A DNA stretch of 41,662 nt from NCBI GenBank assembly GCA_004764695.1, contig CM015709.1:1-41662 (forward strand), given 5' to 3'. Under the pieces are notes generated by a model. It made no database searches, was not told the DNA's origin, and worked only from the letters and a program-made list of their open reading frames with translations. Source of the DNA: Schizochytrium sp. TIO01 (taxonomy: Eukaryota > Protista > Bigyra: Labyrinthulomycetes). How positions within the stretch are numbered: position 1 is the first letter of the stretch; every line of letters starts with the position of its first letter. Shown here piece by piece: positions 1-11,731 of this stretch. The translations under genes and the position numbers were made by a program.

Positions 1-176
1 AATTGATTACGCGCATCTTCAAAAGGATCAAATCCACATTCATATGGAGAAACTTTTTCAGCGTAATTATTTTGAGTAGCCAACAAAAAAGAAGCTATAA
101 AAATAACAAAAGAAAGGATTGCAGCAACTATGCAAAAAATAAGAATAAAAGAATATTCAAAAAGCAAAAAAGTCAT
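1..176 (-). CDS. nad3: NADH dehydrogenase subunit 3, 5' part (continues across the circular junction to 41662-41476)
   Basis: ATG at 176; reads MTFLLFEY...EKVSPYECGFDPFEDARNQ, and the F codon is completed by base 41662; YECGFDP is the Nad3 signature. Confidence 0.96.
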   Translation of the reverse strand, partial: MTFLLFEYSFILIFCIVAAILSFVIFIASFLLATQNNYAEKVSPYECGFDPFEDARNQ

Positions 177-190
177 TTAATAAAAAGAAA

Positions 191-265
191 CGGAAGAAAC
201 GAGATTTGAACTCGCGACATTAAGCTCGACAAGCTTACGCTCTAACCAACTGAGGCTATTCCTCC
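191..265 (-). tRNA. trnD: tRNA-Asp(GUC)
   Basis: Cloverleaf; anticodon arm TAAGC-TTGTCGA-GCTTA; T-loop GTTCAAATC. Confidence 0.93.
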
Positions 266-266
266 A

Positions 267-629
267 TAATTGTTTAGGGGCTCCATATTTAGAACGCGAT
301 GTTTTTCGTTTTATAACACCGGCAGTATCTTTAGCCCCACGTACAATTTTATAACGAACTCCAGGTAGATCCTTAACACGACCTCCACGAACCAATACGC
401 TAGAATGTTCTTGAAGGTTATGTCCTTCGCCTGGAATATACGCAGAAATAATGTTTTTATTACTCAAAAGCACTTTGGCTACTTTACGTACAGCAGAGTT
501 AGGCTTTTTTGGAGACATAGTAAAAACTTTCAAACAAACACCACTTGCTTGGGGTGCTTTTTTCAAAGCAGTTTCTTTTTTAATGAAACTACTTTTTTTA
601 CGTTTTATAGATTGCAAAAGAGTGGACAT
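267..629 (-). CDS. rps12: ribosomal protein S12 (120 aa, TTA stop)
   Basis: [27 protein letters not shown] motifs; TTA after KYGAPKQ ends the ORF just before trnD. Confidence 0.97.
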
Positions 630-636
630 TTATTTA

Positions 637-1032
637 TTAACGAGCTTTTTCAATAGATTTCAAAGAAGTAATTTTTTTTATAAATACACTCCCTTGATTT
701 GATTGACTAGATATAATTTCTTTAAAAAATACTTGAGAAAAAGAAGCTTTTTGGGCAGAACGAACAAAAGAAGATATACTTTTCAACATTTGTTTTGATT
801 TTGAAAGGGGTATAATAACAACTGCATTACGTTTATGAAGAAGCCTTTTTTGAGCTAGCGGCAAAGAGGCTTTATCAAAACTTTTTTTCATAAAACTAGA
901 AAAACTAATAAGTTTTTCAGAATTTGAAACTGAACTTTTCAAAAAAAGCAAGCATGTTTTAGCAAGATTTTTTTTTGCCACTTTACGAGTACCTTTATTT
1001 ATAATAAATGAATTTAGTTTAGAAAAGAACAT
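637..1032 (-). CDS. rps7: ribosomal protein S7 (divergent)
   Basis: Basic 131-aa ORF next to rps12; KLNSFxxNKGTRKVAKK resembles the S7 N-terminal motif; S7-like C-terminus. Confidence 0.7.
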   Translation of the reverse strand: MFFSKLNSFIINKGTRKVAKKNLAKTCLLFLKSSVSNSEKLISFSSFMKKSFDKASLPLAQKRLLHKRNAVVIIPLSKSKQMLKSISSFVRSAQKASFSQVFFKEIISSQSNQGSVFIKKITSLKSIEKAR

Positions 1033-1640
1033 TAATTACGTTTAAACAAAAAAACAGCTTTATTTGATTGGCGCGAAAGTTGTTGATAAACTTTTTGTTT
1101 TTTAAAAATCAAAGATTGGCTATTATAAAATAGGGTTGGATTTAGTGTCAAAACGATAGCACCTACCATGGCAATTAGCAAAACAAACCCGGCTAGCAAA
1201 AAAGGTACAAAATAATAAGAATACAAAACGTTTGCTATAAGCAATACGTTTTGGGATGAATCGTATGAAGAAAACCAAGAAAAATATGATTGTTGAAAAA
1301 AAAGACTTGTATTATATGAAAAATTTTGGGTTATTACAAAAAAACTACAAAAAATGACAGCAAAAAACAGATAACCAAAAAAATTTGAAGAATGTTCTCG
1401 AGAAACTGCAACATTCAACATTATAACAACAAAAAGAAAAAGTACTGCGATAGCACCTACGTAAACAATCAAAAGCAAAAAACCAAGAAATTCTAGCTCA
1501 AACAACAAAAGGATTGCGGATGCATTACAAAAACCAAGAATAAGATAAAATACCGAATAAACAGGGTTAGTTGTTATAATAACAAACAAACTAGAAATTA
1601 GCAAAATAGAGCTAAAAATATAAAAAAGAAAGGAAAGCAT
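1032..1640 (-). CDS. nad6: NADH dehydrogenase subunit 6
   Basis: NPVYSVFYLIL, IVYVGAIAVLFLFV, LLIAMVGAIVLT motifs; TAATG overlap with rps7. Confidence 0.96.
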   Translation of the reverse strand: MLSFLFYIFSSILLISSLFVIITTNPVYSVFYLILGFCNASAILLLFELEFLGFLLLIVYVGAIAVLFLFVVIMLNVAVSREHSSNFFGYLFFAVIFCSFFVITQNFSYNTSLFFQQSYFSWFSSYDSSQNVLLIANVLYSYYFVPFLLAGFVLLIAMVGAIVLTLNPTLFYNSQSLIFKKQKVYQQLSRQSNKAVFLFKRN

Positions 1641-1652
1641 TTAAAATAAAGA

Positions 1653-1726
1653 TCGGGGAGGTATGACTTGAACATACGACTTTTAGTTCCCAAAACTAAC
1701 ACGCTAACCAACTGCGTTACACCCCG
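1653..1726 (-). tRNA. trnP: tRNA-Pro(UGG)
   Basis: Cloverleaf starting CGGGGTG; anticodon loop TTTGGGA. Confidence 0.93.
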
Positions 1727-1732
1727 AAAATT

Positions 1733-1806
1733 TAGCGATAGCAAGATTTGAACTTGCAACCCCAGGATTATGATTCCCATGCTCTAACCAACTGAGCTAT
1801 ACCGCC
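1733..1806 (-). tRNA. trnM: tRNA-Met(CAU), probably elongator
   Basis: Cloverleaf; anticodon loop ATCATAA; paired 1:72 (G-U). Confidence 0.85.
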
Positions 1807-1814
1807 AAAACGTT

Positions 1815-2963
1815 TTAAAGTGATGCTCGCATTAGCATACTTTCAAAACGACCCAAAAGAGGAATTAGAACTAGCAAAAAGAAGAAGTAGAAAACAGTAC
1901 AAACTTGCCCAATTTCTACATAAGGATATTCAACTACATTTTGACCAATCCAACCCAAAATCATACAATCAACAACAAACAACCAAAAAAATTTTCGGAA
2001 AATAGGACGAAATACAGATGAACGAACTTCTGAAGTGTTAATGAATGGCAAAGCCATCAAACAAACGATAGCACCAAACATAGCAATAACACCACCCAAT
2101 TTGTGAGGAATAGAACGCAAAATAGCATAGAATGGCAAAAAGTACCATTCAGGAACAATGTGTGCAGGAGTAACCATAGGATTTGCCATAATATAGTTAT
2201 CACTGTGACCCAAAACATTTGGAGCAAAAAACACAAAATAAGAGTAAACAATAAACAAAAGAATCAACCCAAATAGATCTTTAACATAAAAATAAGGATA
2301 AAAACTAATGGTATCAGATTTTGAATCTACTCCCAAAGGGTTGTTTGATCCATCTTGGTGCAAAAGTACCAAGTGAACCAATGCCAAAGCTGCAATAACA
2401 AAAGGCAAAATATAGTGCAAACTAAAGAAACGATTTAGAGTAGGATTATCTACTGAAAAACCTCCCCAAACCCAATTAACCACAGATTCACCTACAGCAG
2501 GAATAGCAGAAATAAGATTAGTAATAACGGTAGCTCCCCAAAAAGACATTTGACCCCAAGGAAGAACATATCCAATAAAAGCAGTAGCCATCATCAAAAT
2601 AAAAATAACTACTCCAGAACACCATAGCAATTCACGAGGATGCGCATATGATCCATAGTATAGACCACGAAACATGTGAATGTAAACAACAATAAAAAAG
2701 AAACTTGCTCCATTTGCATGAAGGTAACGAAGAAGCCAACCATTATTTACATCACGCATAATATGTTCTACACTACTAAAAGCGAGATCTACATGAGGAG
2801 TATAATGCATAGCAAGAAAAACACCAGTAAGAATTTGAACAACCAACATAAGCCCTGACAAAGATCCGAATCCCCACATATAACTAATATTGATAGGAGT
2901 AGGGTAGTCAACGATATGATTATTGATAATAGCCAGAATAGGCTGTTTAGTCCAACGTTTCAT
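1815..2963 (-). CDS. cob: apocytochrome b
   Basis: [34 protein letters not shown] motifs. Confidence 0.99.
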   Translation of the reverse strand: MKRWTKQPILAIINNHIVDYPTPINISYMWGFGSLSGLMLVVQILTGVFLAMHYTPHVDLAFSSVEHIMRDVNNGWLLRYLHANGASFFFIVVYIHMFRGLYYGSYAHPRELLWCSGVVIFILMMATAFIGYVLPWGQMSFWGATVITNLISAIPAVGESVVNWVWGGFSVDNPTLNRFFSLHYILPFVIAALALVHLVLLHQDGSNNPLGVDSKSDTISFYPYFYVKDLFGLILLFIVYSYFVFFAPNVLGHSDNYIMANPMVTPAHIVPEWYFLPFYAILRSIPHKLGGVIAMFGAIVCLMALPFINTSEVRSSVFRPIFRKFFWLFVVDCMILGWIGQNVVEYPYVEIGQVCTVFYFFFLLVLIPLLGRFESMLMRASL

Positions 2964-2970
2964 TTAAAAA

Positions 2971-3540
2971 TAAAGAAATAACAGGCTTAGTAAGCTGAGA
3001 AGAAGAATTAAAAGTATAATTACGGAATTCTTGAGAAAGTTCAAGTGGTTCACAAACAACTCGTTTTTTTTCAATATCGTAACGCAATTCATGAAATCCA
3101 GTTAGAGGAAAATCTTTACGCATAGGATGCCCTTCAAAACCGTAGTCAGTTAGAATACGACGAAGATCAGGGTGATTTGAGAAAAAGATTCCAAAAAGAT
3201 CAAATGCTTCTCGCTCATACCAATTCGCGGATTCATGAATAGATGTAATAGAAGGTACTGCTTCTTCTGAAGCAAGATTTACTTTAACAGTAATTCGACA
3301 GTTATACCTAATAGATAGCAGTTGATAAACTACTTCAAAGCGATTTGCTCGAAAAGGGTAATCTACCCCTGCGATATCACTCAAAACAATAAACTGGCAA
3401 TGTGAATTACTTTTTAGAAAACGTATTACATCAATTAGAGATTCTTTTTTAACGACCAAAGTGATATGATCATTTATAAAGAAACTACCATTTAGCACGT
3501 TTGCAAGAACTGAGCTAATCCATTTATAGAAAGTAAACAT
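2971..3540 (-). CDS. nad9: NADH dehydrogenase subunit 9 (189 aa, TTA stop)
   Basis: [29 protein letters not shown]; TTA at 2973-2971 removes the overlap with cob. Confidence 0.97.
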
Positions 3541-3551
3541 ATAATAAAATT

Positions 3552-3625
3552 TAGGCAGCAGCGGACTTGAACCGCCAACCTCTTCGGTGTAAACGAAATG
3601 CTCTAACCTATTGAGCTAACTGCCT
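3552..3625 (-). tRNA. trnV: tRNA-Val(UAC)
   Basis: Cloverleaf; anticodon loop TTTACAC. Confidence 0.93.
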
Positions 3626-3635
3626 TATAAAGGGA

Positions 3636-3708
3636 TAGGCGTAAAAGGATTTGAACCTTTGGTCTTTCGATTATCAACCGAAAGCTTTAACCACTAAGCT
3701 ACACGCCC
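3636..3708 (-). tRNA. trnI: tRNA-Ile(GAU)
   Basis: Cloverleaf; anticodon loop TTGATAA. Confidence 0.93.
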
Positions 3709-3713
3709 ATGCT

Positions 3714-4022
3714 TCATCCTTGAAGCAAATTAACTGTTTTTATTTCTACACTAGTATGAACTTTAAAATAACAAACCAAAATAGCCAAACCAATCGCGGA
3801 TTCTGCCGCTGCAACAGTAAGAACAAATAGTGAAAATACTTGGCCATAAAGATCATCCAAATAAACAGAAAAAAACAAAAATTGAAGATTTACAGCTAGC
3901 AACATAATTTCAATTGATATCAAGATAATCAAAATACTTTTCCTGTTTAGAACAATACCACATACTCCAATAAAAAACAAACAAAAACTAACAAAAATAA
4001 AATAAAAGATATCCAAAAACAT
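3714..4022 (-). CDS. nad4L: NADH dehydrogenase subunit 4L (TGA stop)
   Basis: [26 protein letters not shown] motifs. Confidence 0.97.
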   Translation of the reverse strand: MFLDIFYFIFVSFCLFFIGVCGIVLNRKSILIILISIEIMLLAVNLQFLFFSVYLDDLYGQVFSLFVLTVAAAESAIGLAILVCYFKVHTSVEIKTVNLLQG

Positions 4023-4023
4023 G

Positions 4024-4992
4024 TAAAGAAATATACCAATTAAAACTCAATAGAATACTTGCAGTCAAAATAGTCCAACTTATAGACAAAGGAAGAAATA
4101 CTTTCCATCCAAGGCGTATTAGTTGATCATAACGATAACGAGGATATGCGGCACGGACCCAAATAAACAAACTAATAAAAAAGAATGTTTTAATAGCAAA
4201 ACAAAAACAACCTTCAAAAATTTGCAATGGAAATAGCCATCCTCCTATAAATAGAATAACATTTAGAGAACTTATCAAAATTATATTACCATATTCACCC
4301 AAAAAGAACAATGCAAAACCCATAGCAGAATATTCAACATTATACCCGGAAACAAGTTCAGCTTCAGCTTCAGGCAAATCAAAAGGGTGACGATTTGTTT
4401 CAGCCAAACATGAAACAAAAAACAAAATAAATATAGGTAGCAAAGGCACACAATACCAAATAGCTTCTTGAGCCAAAACAATTTGAGTAAGGTTTAGAGA
4501 ATTTGCACAAAGAATAACGTTTATTATAATAAAACCTATTGAAATTTCATAGGAAACTATTTGGGCAGCAGAACGAAGGGCACCCAAAAAAGCGTATTTT
4601 GAGTTACTTGCCCAACCAGAAATAATAATACCGTAAACTCCTAGAGACGAAATTGCAAAGATATACAAAACACCTACATTTAGATCAGCAAACACATAAG
4701 TTTCATTTACGGGAATAACTGCCCAACCTATAAGACTCAAGAAAAAAGTAATTATTGGAGCAATTACAAACAAAGCTTTGTTTGAACTACTTGGCAAAAC
4801 AGTTTCTTTCAACAATAGTTTAAGACCATCTGCAAAGGCTTGCAACAATCCGAAAGCTCCAATAATATTTGGACCTCGCCTACGTTGAATACTACTCAAA
4901 ACTTTTCGCTCAGCCACAGTAAACAATGCAATACCTACTAGCAAAGGAACTACGATACCCAAAACTTTAAGTACACTTTCAATATAAAACAT
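4024..4992 (-). CDS. nad1: NADH dehydrogenase subunit 1 (322 aa, TTA stop)
   Basis: [44 protein letters not shown]; ATG at 4992, TTA at 4026-4024 just before the nad4L ATG. Confidence 0.97.
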
Positions 4993-5611
4993 TGTATTTT
5001 TTAATAGAAATAAAACCAACAGGACATAGATCAATAATATTACCGGAAAGTTTTGATTTAAGAGATTTTTGGACAAAAGTACCAATTTCAGAGGCATATC
5101 CACGACCGGTTATACCAAAAAAAGAATAACCAGCAACTTCATTTAGAAAACGAACACAACGAGTACAATGGATACACCTGGTTATAATTATAGAAATAAA
5201 AGGACCTACATTCTTATCAACCACACTACGTTTTTTTGAAAAAAAACGAGAAGAATTAGTTCCATAATGAAAAGATTGATTTTGCAAATCACATTCACCC
5301 CCTTGATCACAAATAGGACAATCCAGAGGATGATTAATCAACAAAAACTCTATTACAGCTTCACGTGCTTTTTTTACCAATGGAGTATCAGTAAAAATTT
5401 TTATATTTTCACTTACGGGCATTGCACACGAAGCTACAGGTTTAGGAAATTTTTCGATTTCCACCAAACATATACGGCAATTACCTGCGATAAGCAAACG
5501 TTCATGAAAACAAAAACGAGGAATTACAACACCGACTTTTGCACAAGCTTGAAATACGGTTGAATTTTTCTGTACAAGTACTTTAGAATTGTTAATATAT
5601 AGAGAAATCAT
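4985..5611 (-). CDS. nad11: NADH dehydrogenase subunit 11, N-terminal Fe-S domain only (208 aa, TTA stop)
   Basis: IPRFCFH, AGNCRxCLVE, [31 protein letters not shown] cysteine motifs. Confidence 0.95.
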
Positions 5612-5617
5612 ATTTTA

Positions 5618-7093
5618 TAAATAAAAAACTGAAAGCAAAACGCTACAGCTAGTATGTAGAGGATCCAAAAAAATACCGGGAAAGATACCCCCAAAGATAG
5701 TAAGAAACAACAATGGCATAAACACCCAAAATTCTTGTTTTGTAATATCAAAAGAAACTTGAATGTATTGCAATTTGAGGTTACCGTAACACAGACGATT
5801 AAAAAGCCATAGAGAATACGCACTTCCCAAAATCATACTAGTCGCGGCTACAAAAGCTACGAATGAATTAGCATAAAAAGTACCAAACAAGATAAGGAAC
5901 TCTCCAACAAAACTGGAAGTACCTGGCAATGCAATATTTGCTATAGTAAATACAAGAAATAGAATTACAAAAAGAGGCATAGTATGCACAAGTCCGCCAT
6001 AATATTTAATCAATCGGCTATGATGACGATCATACAATACACCTACACACAAAAACAAAGCTCCTGAAACAACACCGTGTGATAGCATTTGAAAAATAGC
6101 ACCTTCAACACCTACCAAATTAAAACTAAACAAGCCAATTACAGTTATATTTATGTGAGCAACTGAAGCGTAAGCAATCACACGTTTTATATCACTTTGA
6201 CGAATAGCGGTTATTGAAGAATAAACAACTGCCAAAGATGCCAAAGTAAATACAAAAGGACGAAAATAAAAACTAGCCAATGGAAACAATGGCAAAGAAT
6301 AACGGATTATACCGTAAGTACCCAATTTCAAAAGCACTCCAGCTAGTAGAACAGAACCCGCAGTAGGTGCTTCTACGTGCGCTTCAGGCAACCACAAATG
6401 TACAGGCAACATAGGCACTTTAACAGCGAATGAGAAAAAGAAAGCTAGCCACAAAATTTTTTGACGTTCAGGACTAAAACTAGTTTCCAAAAGCATCAAA
6501 TAATGAGTACTACCGCATTCTATATAGATGAATACGATAGCAAGCAATATAAATAGAGAACCAAAAAGAGTGTACATAAAAAATAGATAAGATGCACGAA
6601 TTTTACGTTCACGGGAACCCCAAACACCGATAATAAAAAACATAGGCATCAAAACGGCTTCAAAAAAAGTATAAAAAACGATCAAATCTAGTGAAGTAAA
6701 TACGATAAAAATCATACTTTCTATCAAAAGAAAAAGAGCAAAATAATGACGATCAGTAAAAAGATGATTTTTTGTTTTTACAGACGACCAAGAAGATAGA
6801 AGACAAATAGGAATTAGAAAAGCTGTCAATAGAATAAAGAACAAAGAAATTCCATCGACTCCAAAGGTAATAGCTAGATTGGATGAACTAAACCAATTAT
6901 AAGTTTCTACGAATTGAAACGCACCGTTGTTATTATCAAAAAACACCCACATTAGAATAGAAATATAAAAACTAATAAGTGATGCTCCCAAAGCAAGTTG
7001 CTTTGATACTTTATTTGATAGTGGAAAAATCAAAAGAAAACTACCGATAAAAGCGGGAATACCAATAAGGTAAGAAATATAAAGAAATGACAT
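5618..7093 (-). CDS. nad4: NADH dehydrogenase subunit 4 (491 aa, TTA then TAA)
   Basis: VKVPMLPVHLWLPEAHVEAPTAGSVLLAG, LPGTSSFVGEF. Confidence 0.98.
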
Positions 7094-7120
7094 AATTTTT
7101 TAAAGCTAAAAGCTTTTAAT

Positions 7121-8716
<1,596 letters not shown>

Positions 8717-8725
8717 GAAATGTTG

Positions 8726-8860
8726 TAATTCTTTTTTTTGAAATTCTTTTTGAATATTTTTAATATTCTTTTTAAATGTTTTAATAAGATTATTAGAATT
8801 ACCAAAAAGCAAAAAAGCGATAAGTACAACAAAACAAATTTGAAAAAAGCTAAGATACAT
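8726..8860 (-). CDS. tatA: twin-arginine translocase subunit TatA candidate (44 aa, TTA stop)
   Basis: [44 protein letters not shown]: short TM helix, LLFG hinge, basic amphipathic helix; fills the cox2-trnW gap; tatC is also present. Confidence 0.75.
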
Positions 8861-8870
8861 ATACTAAAAA

Positions 8871-9623
8871 TAAAGCGTCTTCTAGTTTAGCAGCTACCCA
8901 AGAAACGTAATCTTCTAGTTTCAAAGCTTCTACTGCGATAGGCATAAATCCATGGTTTACACCACAAATTTCACTACATTGACCATAAAAAACACCAGGA
9001 CGTTGAATAAACAAACTAGCTTCGTTAAGACGACCAGGGCAAGCATCCATTTTAACTCCAAAAGACGGTACAGTCCAAGAATGTAGCACATCAGCACTGG
9101 TTACAATAAGACGAACATGAGTATCAACAGGCAATACTACACGGTTATCTACTTCCAACATTCGCAAATCTCCCAAAGACAATTCATCATCAGGCAACAT
9201 GTAAGAATCGAAAACTAGATTTTCTCCATCTTCATTTTCATAGTCAGAGTATTCGTATGACCAATACCATTGATGCCCAATAACTTTCAAAGTAACAGAG
9301 GGATCTACTACTTCATCTACAGAGTATAGAAGAGCAAAAGAAGGAACTGCAATAATCATAAGAAGAACTGCAGGAATCAAAGTCCAAATAATTTCAATAG
9401 TAGTTCCGTGAACTACAGCTGAAGGGTTAGGGTTGGTTTTTACGTTGAAATGCATTACGATACGAGTAAGCATCCAAAAAACAAAAACTACAACAAAAAC
9501 CATAATAAACATCAAATCGTGATGAAATCGAATAATACCTTCTGCGATAGGAGTAGCAGGGTCTTGAAATCCGAATTGCCATGGAGTAGCAGCATCACAA
9601 TAACCAAACAAAGTAAAAAGCAT
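8871..9623 (-). CDS. cox2: cytochrome c oxidase subunit 2 (250 aa, TTA stop)
   Basis: [39 protein letters not shown] (CuA ligands). Confidence 0.98.
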
Positions 9624-9641
9624 ATATAAAAATTTAATAAA

Positions 9642-9713
9642 CTCCCTAGATTGGATTTGAACCAACGACAATTTGGTTAACAGCCAAATGCTCTACCCCT
9701 GAGCTACTAGAGA
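9642..9713 (-). tRNA. trnN: tRNA-Asn(GUU)
   Basis: Cloverleaf; anticodon loop CTGTTAA. Confidence 0.92.
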
Positions 9714-9735
9714 ATGTAGTAAACCTACATAATAA

Positions 9736-10491
9736 TTAATGACCTCCGTGAACCATATCACCTGTCATTAGACAAGTCAACATAGTAAATACGTAAGCCT
9801 GAATAAATGCAACAGCAGTTTCTAGAAACAACAAAAGAAACAATACTCCCATAGGAATAAAGTGAGCTAGAAAAAAAACATTTCCTGCCAATAGCATAGA
9901 CCAACAAAAACCTACAATAACTTTCATAAGAATGTGACCAGCCATCATGTTTGCAAAAAGTCGAATACCCAATGCGGCTAGAGGAATAAAAAAACTCAAA
10001 AGTTCAACAACTACGAAGAAAGGCACCATTGCAAAAGGAATACCTCCAGGCAAAAGAACACCCAAAATACGAATACCGTGATGTTTAATACCTACATATA
10101 GTTTACCTACCCATACCAAAGCAGACAAAGTAAAAGTAACAATCAAATGAGAAGTAACTGTAAAGCTATAAGGAACCATTCCAAAAGTGTTTGCCAAAAG
10201 CAAAAACATAAAAAGTCCAAAAATAAAAGGCACAAAAGTTTGACCTTTAGCACCCATATTTTCTTCTACCATATCAGCACTGAAAGAATAAAAATTTTCA
10301 AACAACAATTGCCAACGATTTGGAATAAAGAACCCACTACCATTAGAATAAACCAATTTAACAAAAAAAACGTATACCAAACAAATCAAAAGCAAAAAAA
10401 AGCTAGAGTTTGTAAATGAAAGATCAAAAGCTCCTATGCGCAAAGGCAAAATAGGATAAATTTCAAACTGTTCCAAAGGACTAAAAAACAT
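9736..10491 (-). CDS. atp6: ATP synthase F0 subunit a
   Basis: SPLEQF, PYSFTVTSH, RLFANMMAGH, IQAYVF. Confidence 0.98.
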   Translation of the reverse strand: MFFSPLEQFEIYPILPLRIGAFDLSFTNSSFFLLLICLVYVFFVKLVYSNGSGFFIPNRWQLLFENFYSFSADMVEENMGAKGQTFVPFIFGLFMFLLLANTFGMVPYSFTVTSHLIVTFTLSALVWVGKLYVGIKHHGIRILGVLLPGGIPFAMVPFFVVVELLSFFIPLAALGIRLFANMMAGHILMKVIVGFCWSMLLAGNVFFLAHFIPMGVLFLLLFLETAVAFIQAYVFTMLTCLMTGDMVHGGH

Positions 10492-10492
10492 A

Positions 10493-11281
10493 TTAATTTC
10501 CCCACCAATAAATACTTACAAAAAGAAACAACCAAACAACATCCACAAAGTGCCAATACCAGGCAGCAGCTTCAAATCCAAAATGATGTTGTTTTGTAAA
10601 GTGATATGCAAATACACGATAAAGGCATACGGTCAAAAAAACAGTTCCTACGAATACGTGGAAACCATGAAAACCGGTTGCCATATAAAAAGTACTTCCA
10701 TAAATACCATCTGCGATGGTAAATGGAGCATTTTTATATTCAAACAATTGCAACCCTGTAAAAACTACCGCCAAAGCAACAGTAATAGACAAAGAAAGAA
10801 TTGCTTCTTTTCGATAACCTGCAATAATAGCATGATGCGCCCAAGTAACAGAAGCACCAGAACTAAGAAGAATTACAGTGTTCAAAAAAGGAACTTCCCA
10901 AGCGGAAAGGGTTTCAATACCTTTAGGAGGCCATACAGAACCAATTTCAGGAACAGGTGCTAGACTTGCCCAAAAGAAAGCCCAAAAGAAAGCAAAGAAA
11001 AGCATTGCTTCGGATACAATAAACAAGATTATACCAAAACGAAGCCCCAATTGTACAATTGAAGTGTGTTGCCCTTCAAAAGTACCTTCTCGAACTACAT
11101 CACGCCACCACACAAACATAGTGTACAATAGCATAACGAATCCAAAGAATAGAAAGCTACCTCCACCGTTATAGTTATGCATAAAAAGAACACCACCTGT
11201 AGTGGTAATAAAAGCAGAAATAGAAGCGACCATTGGCCAAGGACTAGGGTCGACAAGATGAAAAGGATGTTTTTGTGTCAT
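10493..11281 (-). CDS. cox3: cytochrome c oxidase subunit 3
   Basis: [35 protein letters not shown]. Confidence 0.99.
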   Translation of the reverse strand: MTQKHPFHLVDPSPWPMVASISAFITTTGGVLFMHNYNGGGSFLFFGFVMLLYTMFVWWRDVVREGTFEGQHTSIVQLGLRFGIILFIVSEAMLFFAFFWAFFWASLAPVPEIGSVWPPKGIETLSAWEVPFLNTVILLSSGASVTWAHHAIIAGYRKEAILSLSITVALAVVFTGLQLFEYKNAPFTIADGIYGSTFYMATGFHGFHVFVGTVFLTVCLYRVFAYHFTKQHHFGFEAAAWYWHFVDVVWLFLFVSIYWWGN

Positions 11282-11295
11282 TTTCTAATAAGAGT

Positions 11296-11367
11296 TACCC
11301 TTAGAGAGAATTGAACTCTCACTTGAGCTACGAAAAAGCTATGTTCTAACCATTAAACTATAAGGGC
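11296..11367 (-). tRNA. trnE: tRNA-Glu(UUC)
   Basis: Cloverleaf starting GCCCTTA; anticodon loop TTTTCGT. Confidence 0.9.
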
Positions 11368-11629
11368 AAGCAACCACTTTCATACGAAAACTAAAAGTAA
11401 TTTTTTTAGAAAAAATAGAAAGTGCTTGATAAATATAAAAATTTTTTATATCTGACCACGAACTAAATGTATGAAGTGAAGATGCTTTAGTTTTATAAAA
11501 AACAAGACTTGCGGATGTCTTAGATTTTTTATTTACATGATGAGATTTGTTAAAAGTGAATACCTTTTTTTGTTTAACAGAAGAAGGTATAGATTTAAAA
11601 CTATAAAGTTGAAAATAACCACGAATCAT
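11354..11629 (-). CDS. rps10: ribosomal protein S10 (divergent, 91 aa)
   Basis: KKVFTFNKSHHVNKKSK matches the S10 motif FTVLRSPHVNKKSR; the first stop (TTA) lies inside trnE. Confidence 0.75.
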
Positions 11630-11641
11630 AATAAAATAAAT

Positions 11642-11714
11642 TGCTTAAGACTGGATTTGAACCAGTGACACAAAGATTTTCAGTCTTATGCTCTGCCAAC
11701 TGAGCTACTTAAGC
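11642..11714 (-). tRNA. trnF: tRNA-Phe(GAA)
   Basis: Cloverleaf; anticodon loop CTGAAAA. Confidence 0.93.
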
Positions 11715-11731
11715 GAAAATGGATTTACCAT

